From Thermoanaerobaculia bacterium (GTDB lineage: Bacteria > Acidobacteriota > Thermoanaerobaculia > Multivoradales > UBA5704), in NCBI GenBank assembly GCA_044226625.1, contig JBGAGQ010000102.1, forward strand, positions 1-15,152: DNA of 15,152 nucleotides. Direction: 5' to 3'. Below, piece by piece: positions 1-8,191 of the stretch. The position numbers and the translations under genes were made by a program. Within the stretch, counting starts at the first letter, position 1, and each line of letters begins with the position of its first letter. The notes below the pieces were generated by a model, which saw only the letters and a program-made list of their open reading frames with translations, was not told where the DNA came from and did not search any database.

Positions 1-1718
1 GCGTACGAAGCCGCTTCGCCCAGGGGTAGCCGGGTGGGAATCTCCAGCTTGAAACGCGCCCCGCGCGAGGTTCCGTCGAGAACCCGCAGATCGATCTGGC
101 CGGATGGGTTGCCCGCGCGCCGAACGCAATAGAGGTCCGCGTCGAGGGTAGACCGGCTCCCGTGGGCCAGCGCAAAGCTGTACTTTCCGCTCTCGATCTC
201 GGCGAGGGACAGAACGGTTTCCCGATGGTCGAGAAAGCTTGGGAAAGGCGCGATCTTCGGGACGGCGACGTCGAACCGGGCGACGACCGGATGGTGATCG
301 GAGACCGCGATCCCCTGGAACGTTCGGCCGAGAACCGAGAGCGGCGTGGGGATTTCCCAATCGCGAGGAATCGAGACGGTCGCGGGACCGAGGAACGAGG
401 CCCGTTCCCTCGGCGCGAAGTAGACGTGGTCGCGGCGATCCTTTCCCTGGCTCGGAGCCGCGGCCGAAGCAGCCTCGTGGAGCGCCCAGCAGAAGCTGTT
501 CTCGGCCGGCCATTCGGTATACGCCTGATCGAGGCTCGGCAGGAATCGGCGGACGAGCTCGGTCGCCCCGCGGCCGCCGAGCGCGGTATCGAGCGCCTGC
601 CGTTCGGCATTGTTCCTTTCGCCGAGTTGGAAGTCGCCGAGCAGGATTCGATCCCGGCTCGGGTCGGAGAGCGTCTTGGCCGCGGCCACGTCGCGCATCG
701 CCCGCAGGGCCGCCTGGGCATCCGACGGACCGAACGTCGTTCCGATCCGAATCGAGCCGGTGGTGCGATCGTCCGCCGGAAATTGCACGGTCGCTTCGAG
801 CAGGCCTCGCCGGTCGAGGGATGCCGTGCCGGCGGCCCCGTCGAACAACGTGAAGCGGCCGTCTTGGAGCGGAAAGCGGCTCAGGATCAAGAGACCGGCG
901 GTTTCTTCGATCGCGTCGCGCCATTGGGCGCGCAAGGCGCTCAAGTCGTGGCTCAACGACGCCAGCTGGGCCGAGAGCACCGAGCACGAGATCATGGGGC
1001 CGACGACCGGGATCGCGCTCAAGACGGAGAACCAGTTGGCCCACCACGACGGCGTCGGGGTCTGCGGAGCTCGGTCGATCGTGGGGTAGGCGAAAGGGTA
1101 CGCCGCGAAGGTGGCGTCGAGAGGCTGGTCAGCGAGCGCCCAGGCCCCCTGCAGACAGACCACATCGGGATCCACCTCGTCGATCTGGGCCAACCGCCGC
1201 ATCAGCTCGCCGGCCCGCTCCGCATCGTGGCAGATCTGGTCCGCTGGAACGGATTTCGCCCCCTCCAGCAGGTGGGCGTTCAGGGTCAGGACCGAGAGCG
1301 AGCGCTTCGCCGGCCGCTGCTCGACGTAGACCAAGATGCCGAGCGGATGGCCGCCCACGGGAAACGTCGCCGAGCCCCAGCTCTTGTCCCCGGCGACGGG
1401 AGGCACCTCATGGCCGAAACGGAGGGTGACGTCGAGAAGGGCCGAGGGCTCGACGACGAAGGCGTAGTTGCCGTCGTTCTTGTACGAGCAGCAGTAGGCG
1501 AGCGAAAACGCGCAGCCGGTCTCGTCGCCGAACCGGACCCATCCCTCCGAGCCGGCCGCCGCCCCGGCCGGATCCTTCCCCGTGAACCGGCCGAAGCCTC
1601 CGGGGTGGATCAGGTGCGTGCCGTGGAAATCCCAGCTGCCATGTGTGTTCGTTTGGCTCGCGACGTGAAGGGTGAGCCTGGAGTGGTTGACCACGGTGAT
1701 CTCGCAGAAGAGGTCCAT
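1..1718 (-). CDS. Multidomain protein, 3' end runs off the window: N-terminal aegerolysin/Cry34-like beta-sandwich + endonuclease/exonuclease/phosphatase (EEP, sphingomyelinase-like) domain + start of a C-terminal FG-GAP/VCBS-like repeat region
   Basis: Translated by hand because the ORF track omits it (no stop in the window). ATG at 1718-1716 is preceded by AAGGAAG, and 572 codons are open to the window edge. N-terminus: MDLFCEITVVNHSRLTLHVASQTNTHGSW...GSEGWVRF...FSLAYCCSYKNDGN. EEP motifs: LSVLTLN, PDVVCLQG, GLLILSRFPL, ILLGDFQ, RRDHVYF, SDHHPV. Tail: DLYCVRRAGNPSGQIDLRVLDGTS. Confidence 0.8.
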   Translation of the reverse strand, partial: MDLFCEITVVNHSRLTLHVASQTNTHGSWDFHGTHLIHPGGFGRFTGKDPAGAAAGSEGWVRFGDETGCAFSLAYCCSYKNDGNYAFVVEPSALLDVTLRFGHEVPPVAGDKSWGSATFPVGGHPLGILVYVEQRPAKRSLSVLTLNAHLLEGAKSVPADQICHDAERAGELMRRLAQIDEVDPDVVCLQGAWALADQPLDATFAAYPFAYPTIDRAPQTPTPSWWANWFSVLSAIPVVGPMISCSVLSAQLASLSHDLSALRAQWRDAIEETAGLLILSRFPLQDGRFTLFDGAAGTASLDRRGLLEATVQFPADDRTTGSIRIGTTFGPSDAQAALRAMRDVAAAKTLSDPSRDRILLGDFQLGERNNAERQALDTALGGRGATELVRRFLPSLDQAYTEWPAENSFCWALHEAASAAAPSQGKDRRDHVYFAPRERASFLGPATVSIPRDWEIPTPLSVLGRTFQGIAVSDHHPVVARFDVAVPKIAPFPSFLDHRETVLSLAEIESGKYSFALAHGSRSTLDADLYCVRRAGNPSGQIDLRVLDGTSRGARFKLEIPTRLPLGEAASY

Positions 1719-1994
1719 GGGATCTTCCTTTCGAACTACGAAGAGGAAGGCCCGCGGACCTCCCGGATCAACGGCTGTGATCTGAAGAGCGGCGATCATA
1801 CCTTGGCCGCCGAGCAGACTTCGGCGCGACCCGGTGATGTGCCGCCGGTGAGGTTTCTCGCTGGTGACGGGGCGCTCGACCTCAGGTTAGGCTCCGAGGG
1901 AATGGCCGCGCCGGCAAACACCGCTCGGATCTCCCACGCGAAGAAATCTAATGTTCCCGAAGAGCCCGATTCCCTACCGGGCCGAAGGAGCGTT

Positions 1995-2912
1995 ATGCGC
2001 CTGGGTTTGTGCTGCCAGTTCGCCGCGGAGCCGATCAAATTTCGCACGACGACGGCGACGGCGATGTTGCGCCTGCCCCGCGCCGAGCGGCTCGCGCGGC
2101 TGGCCACCCTGTGCCGAGCGAATGCCGAGGCGCTCCATGCCTCCTTGGCGTTCTGCGCGAGCCACGGCATCGGCGCGTTCCGGATCAACAGCCAGATCCT
2201 GCCGGTGAAGACCCACCCGACGGCGGGATACTCGATCGACGAGCTGCCGGGCGGAGGGGAGATCGTCGAGCTCTTCCGAGAGTGCGGCCGCTTCGCTCGG
2301 GAGCGCGGCCTCCGTCTCTCCTTTCATCCGGATCAGTTCGTGGTGCTCAACTCGCCGAACCCGCAGACCTTGGCGCATTCGCTCGCCGAGCTCGCCTACC
2401 AGGCCGAGGTCGCGGAATGGGTCGGCGCCGACACGGTCAACGTCCACGGAGGCGGCGCCTACGGCGACAAGACCTCCGCGCTCGCCGCCCTACGCCGAAA
2501 CGTCGAGCGGCTGCCCGACCCGATTCGCGCGCGCCTCACGTTGGAAAACGACGACAAGGTCTACACCCCCGCAGACCTGCTGCCGGTCTGCGCCGACACC
2601 GGCGTGCCGTTGGTCTACGACGTACACCATCATCGCTGCCTGTCCGACGGCCTGAGCGTTGCCGAGGCCACCGACCGCGCCCGGAAGACCTGGACGACCG
2701 AGCCGCTTTTCCACATCTCCAGCCCGATCGAAGGCTGGGAGGGGCCGAAACCGGAGCGGCATCACGACTACATCGACAGCGCGGACTTTCCTTCGGAATG
2801 GCGCGGCTGGCCGCTCACGGTGGAAGTCGAGGCCAAGGCGAAAGAGCTCGCGGTGCTCCGACTGCTCGCGGACCTGGCCGAGATCGCGCTGCCGGAAACA
2901 GGCCCCGCCTAG
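1995..2912 (+). CDS. uvsE: UV DNA damage repair endonuclease UvsE (UVDE), 305 aa
   Basis: The likely start is ATG 1995 after AAGGAG, inside the 916-aa ORF. It has UVDE motifs MRLGLCC, FRINSQILP, RLSFHPDQFVVLNSP, NVHGGG, LTLENDD, YDVHHH, FHISS, HHDYI and VEAKAKE. Confidence 0.95.
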   Translation: MRLGLCCQFAAEPIKFRTTTATAMLRLPRAERLARLATLCRANAEALHASLAFCASHGIGAFRINSQILPVKTHPTAGYSIDELPGGGEIVELFRECGRFARERGLRLSFHPDQFVVLNSPNPQTLAHSLAELAYQAEVAEWVGADTVNVHGGGAYGDKTSALAALRRNVERLPDPIRARLTLENDDKVYTPADLLPVCADTGVPLVYDVHHHRCLSDGLSVAEATDRARKTWTTEPLFHISSPIEGWEGPKPERHHDYIDSADFPSEWRGWPLTVEVEAKAKELAVLRLLADLAEIALPETGPA

Positions 2913-3158
2913 CAGCCGGCTAGATGGGGATTCCGGTACCGGGGAGATCGCCGAAGGGGTGGCCCACGCTTTTCATCCCGACCCTTTCGCCGTGGCAGTC
3001 CTCCCTTGGTCCGGGACATTGACGGGTTCCCTGCTCTGACGTCTCGCTTCCGTTCGTGAGAGCACTCTTCCTTGTAGCGACTTTCGCCGGTACCCAATCC
3101 GAGTTTCCGCGAGGCCGTTTCCCCGGCCTTGAACCTGAGGTTCCTTTTTGGAGGCCCT

Positions 3159-4835
3159 ATGCGCAAAGTGTATCCGTCGATGATCCTTCTGATGCTTCTG
3201 TCGGTTTCGTTCCTCGCTCAGGCTCAAGCCGCCGAGGCTGCCCCGGGGAGCAATCCTCGTGGCTGGCCCTCGGTCGCGAGCCAGCTGGCCCAGCACAAGG
3301 TCCTTTCCGGGAGCAACCTCGAAGGCCTGATCTACGCGAACCAGGACTTCGAGATGCTCCGTCCCGGCGAGAGGAACGACAAGATCGGCATCGCGCCTTG
3401 GCTCAGGGTCTGGTGGCGCAAGGCGCACCCGGAGCTGACCTACTCGGCGAGCGATCCGACCGGCGGCTATCCCCGCGTTCTCCACGAGGTGCAGGAGTGG
3501 ATGTTGCACCATCAGGACCTGCTGCCGGGCCTGGCCGACGTCGACATCGCTCCGGAGGAGCTTCGCACCACCGTCGGAACCAACGTGCGCACCTCGGGTC
3601 TCCAGACCAGCCCGCGCTCGGAGTCGGACATCCGGATCAACTTCCTCAATCCGAACCAGGTGATCGCGGCCTCGAACGCGATCGTTTCGGGTGGACATCA
3701 GGCGCAGTTCTACTCCTCCAACGGCGGCTTGACCTGGGGGCAGACGACGCTTCCGTTCACCGGCACCGACGCTTTCCATTCCGACCCGACCGTCGACTGG
3801 CGCTCCGACGGCAGCGCCTGGGCGACCACGATCGGCATCAACGCGGCGGGATCGCAGCTCCGGATGCGCTCGTACAAGTCGACCACGGCCGGCTCCTCGT
3901 GGACCTTCGACAGCACCTTCTCCGGCACCCAGACGAGCGCCGACAAGCAGCTCATGTGGGTCGACCACAGCAGCACCTCGGCGTTCAAGGATTCGATCTA
4001 TGCGTGCTGGCACAACGGCAACCCGGCCTACGTGAATCACCGCACGGCCACGGGCGCCTGGGGCACCCCGCTCGCGGTGAGCGGCGCCGAATCGACCGGC
4101 ACGGCGATCGGCTGCGACATCAAGTCGAACAGCTCGGGCGACGTCTTCGTCTTCTGGCCCACGACCTCGAACCGCCGGATCATCGTGCGCAAGTCGACCA
4201 ACAACGCCGTGAGCTTCTCGGCGGCGGTGATCGTGCGCACCATGTTCGACGCTTACGACATCGGGATTCCGGCGATGGCCAACCGCCGCGCCCTGATCTA
4301 CACGAGCGGCGGCGCCTACCGTAACGGCGCGACCAACAACGTTTACGTGGCTTGGACCGACTTGACCGGCGCGGCCGGCTGCACCTCGGCCGCCAACGAG
4401 CCGGGCACGAACGCCGCCTCGACCTGCAAGACCCGGATCTGGTTCTCGCGCTCGACCGACGGCGGCACGACCTGGTCGGCGGCGGCCATGGTCAACAACC
4501 AGGCCGGCCTGAACGACCAGTTCAACCAGGCGCTCGCGGTCGACGAAAGCACCGGGCGCATCGCGATCATTTATTACGACACCGTGGGCGACGCGACGCG
4601 CAAGAAGACGAACGTCTATTACCAGACGTCGTCCAACGGCGGCTCGACCTGGAGCGCCGCGACCCAAGTGACCACGCTCCAGACCAACGAAACCATTGCG
4701 GGTGCCGATTTGGGCAACCAGTACGGCGACTACAACAGTCTCTCGGGCTGGGCGAGCAAGTTCCTCCCCTCCTGGACGGACCGCCGCAGCGCAGCCAAAG
4801 AAGAGATCTGGACCGCGCCGATCACCGAGCCGTAA
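3159..4835 (+). CDS. Secreted BNR/Asp-box repeat (sialidase-like beta-propeller) protein, 558 aa
   Basis: ATG 3159 follows GGAGG. Signal peptide MRKVYPSMILLMLLSVSFLAQAQA. Five Asp-box-like motifs: SSNGGLTW, STTAGSSW, STNNAVSF, STDGGTTW, SSNGGSTW. C-terminal YGDYNSL...WTDRR motif. Confidence 0.85.
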   Translation: MRKVYPSMILLMLLSVSFLAQAQAAEAAPGSNPRGWPSVASQLAQHKVLSGSNLEGLIYANQDFEMLRPGERNDKIGIAPWLRVWWRKAHPELTYSASDPTGGYPRVLHEVQEWMLHHQDLLPGLADVDIAPEELRTTVGTNVRTSGLQTSPRSESDIRINFLNPNQVIAASNAIVSGGHQAQFYSSNGGLTWGQTTLPFTGTDAFHSDPTVDWRSDGSAWATTIGINAAGSQLRMRSYKSTTAGSSWTFDSTFSGTQTSADKQLMWVDHSSTSAFKDSIYACWHNGNPAYVNHRTATGAWGTPLAVSGAESTGTAIGCDIKSNSSGDVFVFWPTTSNRRIIVRKSTNNAVSFSAAVIVRTMFDAYDIGIPAMANRRALIYTSGGAYRNGATNNVYVAWTDLTGAAGCTSAANEPGTNAASTCKTRIWFSRSTDGGTTWSAAAMVNNQAGLNDQFNQALAVDESTGRIAIIYYDTVGDATRKKTNVYYQTSSNGGSTWSAATQVTTLQTNETIAGADLGNQYGDYNSLSGWASKFLPSWTDRRSAAKEEIWTAPITEP

Positions 4836-4875
4836 GGCGCACCGAGTCGAAGTCCCAAAGAATCGCGAACATCGA

Positions 4876-4910
4876 CGGGCACCTCCTTTTCGGAGGTGCC
4901 CGCTTTTCTT
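4876..4910 (+). terminator. Rho-independent terminator of the Asp-box gene
   Basis: Perfect 11-bp stem CGGGCACCTCC / GGAGGTGCCCG with a 5-nt loop, followed by CTTTTCTT, 40 nt after the stop. Confidence 0.85.
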
Positions 4911-5082
4911 GGGAGCCGGCGGAACCGATCTGTGTTCACGGTACTGCGCCACTCCCCGCCGAACGGCCGGCTCGGCCGACCGAGGTCTCGTTTCCGCAGG
5001 TGTAGACAACCTGTCTTGAGGGAGGCTCCGCACGCCAGCGGCCGAAAGGATGCACCTTTCGAAATCCTCCGGAGGAGAATCC

Positions 5083-5289
5083 ATGAAGAAACGGACGAAG
5101 CCCCTGCGCCTTCACCGGGAAACGCTTTGTGCCCTCGAGCGCGGGCAGACTCTGCGTGTCGCGGGAGCCACCGTGGGCATGTGCACGACGGCCTACTGCG
5201 AGGAGGCCTCTTGGTGCGCCTGCGCCTCGGAGACTTTCTGCAACGAGCCGACGCGCTGGGACCACACCTGCGGCGGAGTCTGCTGGTAG
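5083..5289 (+). CDS. Small Cys/Thr-rich peptide, putative RiPP (class I lanthipeptide-like) precursor, 68 aa
   Basis: Strong RBS GGAGGAG before ATG 5083. Leader MKKRTKPLRLHRETL (LxLxRETL) ends in VAGA. The 39-aa core TVGMCTTAYCEEASWCACASETFCNEPTRWDHTCGGVCW has 7 Cys and 8 Ser/Thr. Confidence 0.7.
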   Translation: MKKRTKPLRLHRETLCALERGQTLRVAGATVGMCTTAYCEEASWCACASETFCNEPTRWDHTCGGVCW

Positions 5290-5352
5290 GTTCCCGAGGA
5301 CGCCCGCGGCGTCTTCGCGAGCGGCGTTTAGGTCGCAAGGGGGTCGGCCTCG

Positions 5353-6663
5353 CTACTTTGGAGGAGCGATCCCCAACTCGTCCCAGAGGAAGCGAAAGCT
5401 GGCGGGCTCGTGGCCCGTCTTGAGGGCGCCCCTGGCCTCGTGCTCCTCATAGTCTTTGAGCAGCTCCACCACCTGACGTCGGCCGGTTCGCGTCCGGATG
5501 GCCTCGCGCGGAGTGAGGCCGCCGAGGGCCGGAATCGGCTCGTCCGACCAATTTCGATAGAGCGCTCGATGGATCTCCTCCGGGAGCGGCCCATCGGATG
5601 GCTTCTTTTCGTGGGAAGGGGGCCGATGCGCCAGAGCGGCGAAGGGATCGACGACCTCGCGTGTCCGGTAGGTGAGTGCGGAACCAGCCACCTCTCGCAG
5701 CCAGGCCGCGCCTCGTTCCGCCCGACTCAGGGTTTGCGCGAAAGCCTCCAGGCGGTTCGCCTTGCCGAGGTTTAGGCTGAGGCTCGCCCGCTCGAAGGTC
5801 TGGCCCTCGACCGCTTCGAGCCGAACCCAGCCACTCTCTCGATCGCCCTCGACGTCGGGCTGTCGGGCGAGCGCGGCGGCGAGGGCATCCCAGTCGGCCA
5901 CGTCGTAGTGATCCGTGACTAGAAGCACGGGATCGCCCGAACCGGCGTCGACCAACTCCGGCAGAGGGGGAGGCGACGCCGTGACGTAGCGAAGCCAGCA
6001 GTCGACGATCGGCTCGCTTGCACGGTGCCCGGCTCGCTTCGCCGCGCGCACCTCCGCCTTGAGGTTTTTCAACTGATCGCGGGGAATCGGGTAGATCGCG
6101 CCGCTCAGCTGCCACTCCTTTTCCCGAGGGACGAGTCGTGCCCCCACGACGTCCCACCGAACCAGGCTTTGGGATCCCATGTGCTCGACGACCCAGAGAC
6201 GCCGCGCCTTCGGCTGCGCCGCGTCTTTGACCCAGAGGCCTTCTCCGGGCACCGCCTCCTGAACTTCATAGATCGACATGGAATGATCGGCCAGCGCTTG
6301 GAGCTTCTGCCGGTCTTCGACCGCGAGAGGAGGGCCTCCGAGACCGAGGAGCAGATCCGGAATCCGTCGACGCGCCCCGCGCACCTCGATTTCGCCCTCG
6401 GCAAGGAGCCATTCGGTGGCGTTGGCGTTGACGACCTCCTTGACCCCTTCGGGAAGCTCCAACAGGCGCGAGCCCTCTTCTTCGTCGAGGCCCGCGAAGA
6501 ATTCGGCGAGCGCTCGGGAGTACCCTTTGTCGTGGTTCCGCTCGAGCCATTCCAAGCAGATGTCCACCCACGACCTCGGCGCCCGCTCGCCGCGCAGGAG
6601 GCAGCAGTTCTTGTGTTTCTTGCCGCTGCCACAGGGGCAGGGATCATTGCGGCCGACTTTCAT
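5353..6663 (-). CDS. SEC-C motif zinc-binding protein with C-terminal Xre/MbcA/ParS antitoxin-like (DUF2384-type) domain, 436 aa
   Basis: N-terminal KVGRNDPCPCGSGKKHKNCC is a SEC-C motif. C-terminal NWSDEPIPALGGLTPREA matches the W..P...LGG.TP signature of MbcA/ParS C-terminal domains. Confidence 0.8.
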   Translation of the reverse strand: MKVGRNDPCPCGSGKKHKNCCLLRGERAPRSWVDICLEWLERNHDKGYSRALAEFFAGLDEEEGSRLLELPEGVKEVVNANATEWLLAEGEIEVRGARRRIPDLLLGLGGPPLAVEDRQKLQALADHSMSIYEVQEAVPGEGLWVKDAAQPKARRLWVVEHMGSQSLVRWDVVGARLVPREKEWQLSGAIYPIPRDQLKNLKAEVRAAKRAGHRASEPIVDCWLRYVTASPPPLPELVDAGSGDPVLLVTDHYDVADWDALAAALARQPDVEGDRESGWVRLEAVEGQTFERASLSLNLGKANRLEAFAQTLSRAERGAAWLREVAGSALTYRTREVVDPFAALAHRPPSHEKKPSDGPLPEEIHRALYRNWSDEPIPALGGLTPREAIRTRTGRRQVVELLKDYEEHEARGALKTGHEPASFRFLWDELGIAPPK

Positions 6664-6696
6664 CGCGAGGGCTTTCGATCGAGCATTGGACCCTTT

Positions 6697-7572
6697 TTAG
6701 GCTGCCTGAGCCCGGGCGGTATACCGAACGTGCTCCGAGCCGGGCTCGAAGCCGAGTCTCCGGAGCAGCTCGGGGTCGATCTCGTCGGGTGCGGCTCGAG
6801 GGAGGAGGAGCGGCTCTTCCCCGGCGAGGCGGCCGAGCTCGTCGATCAGCAACGAGAGGCCGAGGCGGCCGAGGTCTCCGGGAACGCAGCCGATCGCGAG
6901 GATCTCCCGCCCTCGGGACCCAGGGCGGTGAAGCACCCACGCTTCGAGGCGATCGGCGGAGTGAAACCCGATTCCGGCCAAGTCTTCATCGATCTTCGGG
7001 CGTGCAACGAGATCGCGCTGCCAGCAACGGACGGTCTCTGCGCCTGTTGTGAGGATCCCGGCGTCGAGTAGATCGCGGAGGGTGATCGGCGCGACGGCAT
7101 CCGTGACGGCCGCTGGCACGGAGGGCTGGAGATCTCGCGCAGAGTGCTCGCGGCGCCAGTCGGTCAGGCGCGCCCCTTCGATCCAGCCGCAGGCGGCGAA
7201 GGCGGCGCGGGCCGCCTCGCGCTCCGCCGGAATCTCGGCGACGAGCTCCGGAGGACCGAGAATGGCGAGCTTCTGTCCGAGCGAGGTGAGGAGGTGCCGC
7301 GCGTGGCCAAGCCGGCGGTATTCCGGATGGACGCGCAGACCGTAGACCAGCGTGGATCGAGGCCGCTTGGCGCCGAGGAGGACGCCCACCGGCTCGCGCC
7401 CTTCGAACGCGACCATACAGCTGCTGCACCAGAGGTCGAGGTCGCGGATGAGGAGCTTGAAACGGTCCCGGTCGAGCGGTGCCGCCGCCGCGTCCTCCGG
7501 TCCTCGGCAGCGCGCCCAGGCTTCGACGAGAAGGTCGATGTCGTCGGTGCGGCAGAATCGATAGGCTGTCAT
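6697..7572 (-). CDS. GNAT family N-acetyltransferase (N-terminal GNAT domain plus probable degenerate second domain)
   Basis: Acetyl-CoA binding motif A: LRVHPEYRRLGHARHLL. Start taken at MTAYRFCRTDD (7572). An alternative ATG at 7611 has a GGAG upstream. Confidence 0.8.
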   Translation of the reverse strand: MTAYRFCRTDDIDLLVEAWARCRGPEDAAAAPLDRDRFKLLIRDLDLWCSSCMVAFEGREPVGVLLGAKRPRSTLVYGLRVHPEYRRLGHARHLLTSLGQKLAILGPPELVAEIPAEREAARAAFAACGWIEGARLTDWRREHSARDLQPSVPAAVTDAVAPITLRDLLDAGILTTGAETVRCWQRDLVARPKIDEDLAGIGFHSADRLEAWVLHRPGSRGREILAIGCVPGDLGRLGLSLLIDELGRLAGEEPLLLPRAAPDEIDPELLRRLGFEPGSEHVRYTARAQAA

Positions 7573-7661
7573 GAATCGCTGAGGCTGACGCCGCAGCTTA
7601 TCGCAGCGCATGGGGTCTCCCGCCGCATCGGAGAGTCCCGCCGCGGCGAAGGAAGGAGAGT

Positions 7662-8096
7662 ATGGCGCTCCAACGAATGGACAACGTCCTCCTCGTGGTC
7701 GACGATCTCGAGGCCGCCAAGGCCTTCTTCCTCGAGCTGGGTCTTACGCTCGAAGGGGAACAGACCGTCGAGGGGCCGTCGGTCGGAAAGCTGATCGGGC
7801 TCCAGGACGTCCGGGCCACCCTAGCGATGCTGCGGACGCCCGACGGGCAGGGCATCGAGCTGGACAAGTTCCACACGCCCGAGGCGATCCGTTTCGGGCC
7901 CGTGAACGCGCCGGTCAATGCGCTCGGCTTCCGTCGCGTCATGTTCGCCGTCGACGATCTCGACGTCCTCGTGGCGCGCATGCGGGACCACGGAGCCGAG
8001 CTGATCGGCGAAATGCAGTACGGGGATACCTACCGGCTGGCCTACATCCGCGGTCCCGAGGGCATCATCGTCGCGCTTTCCGAACGGCTCCGCTGA
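7662..8096 (+). CDS. VOC family protein (glyoxalase/bleomycin resistance/dioxygenase superfamily), 144 aa
   Basis: RBS AAGGAG. Motifs MDNVLLVVDDLEAAKAFFLELG, IELDKF, RVMFAVDDLD and YIRGPEGIIVAL. Confidence 0.9.
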   Translation: MALQRMDNVLLVVDDLEAAKAFFLELGLTLEGEQTVEGPSVGKLIGLQDVRATLAMLRTPDGQGIELDKFHTPEAIRFGPVNAPVNALGFRRVMFAVDDLDVLVARMRDHGAELIGEMQYGDTYRLAYIRGPEGIIVALSERLR

Positions 8097-8191
8097 GGCG
8101 GAAGCCCGCGGGTTGCGACAAGCCTGCGGGACGTTGCCTGGCTGGATCCCCGATCGACCTCTGAAGACCTTTGCAGCGCGCGCCCCCTGAC

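Noticed and set aside
1882-1891. TCAGGTTAGG resembling the start of the REP-like motif
   Set aside because: Only 10 nt match and the GTGGCACC palindrome is missing, so it is probably chance.
162-1994. Apparent 611-aa N-terminal extension of UvsE (916-aa ORF)
   Set aside because: It is the antisense shadow of the real minus-strand gene at 1-1718, with an Arg/Gly-rich nonsense composition. uvsE has its own RBS and ATG at 1995.
2913-3158. Possible riboswitch or sigma54 promoter upstream of the Asp-box gene
   Set aside because: Only small hairpins are present, no riboswitch consensus is recognisable, and the TGGCA near 2993 lacks a correctly spaced -12 GC.
2973-5084. 703-aa minus-strand ORF and other long ORFs overlapping the Asp-box gene
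   Set aside because: These are antisense or alternative-frame shadows typical of high-GC DNA and carry no recognisable motifs.
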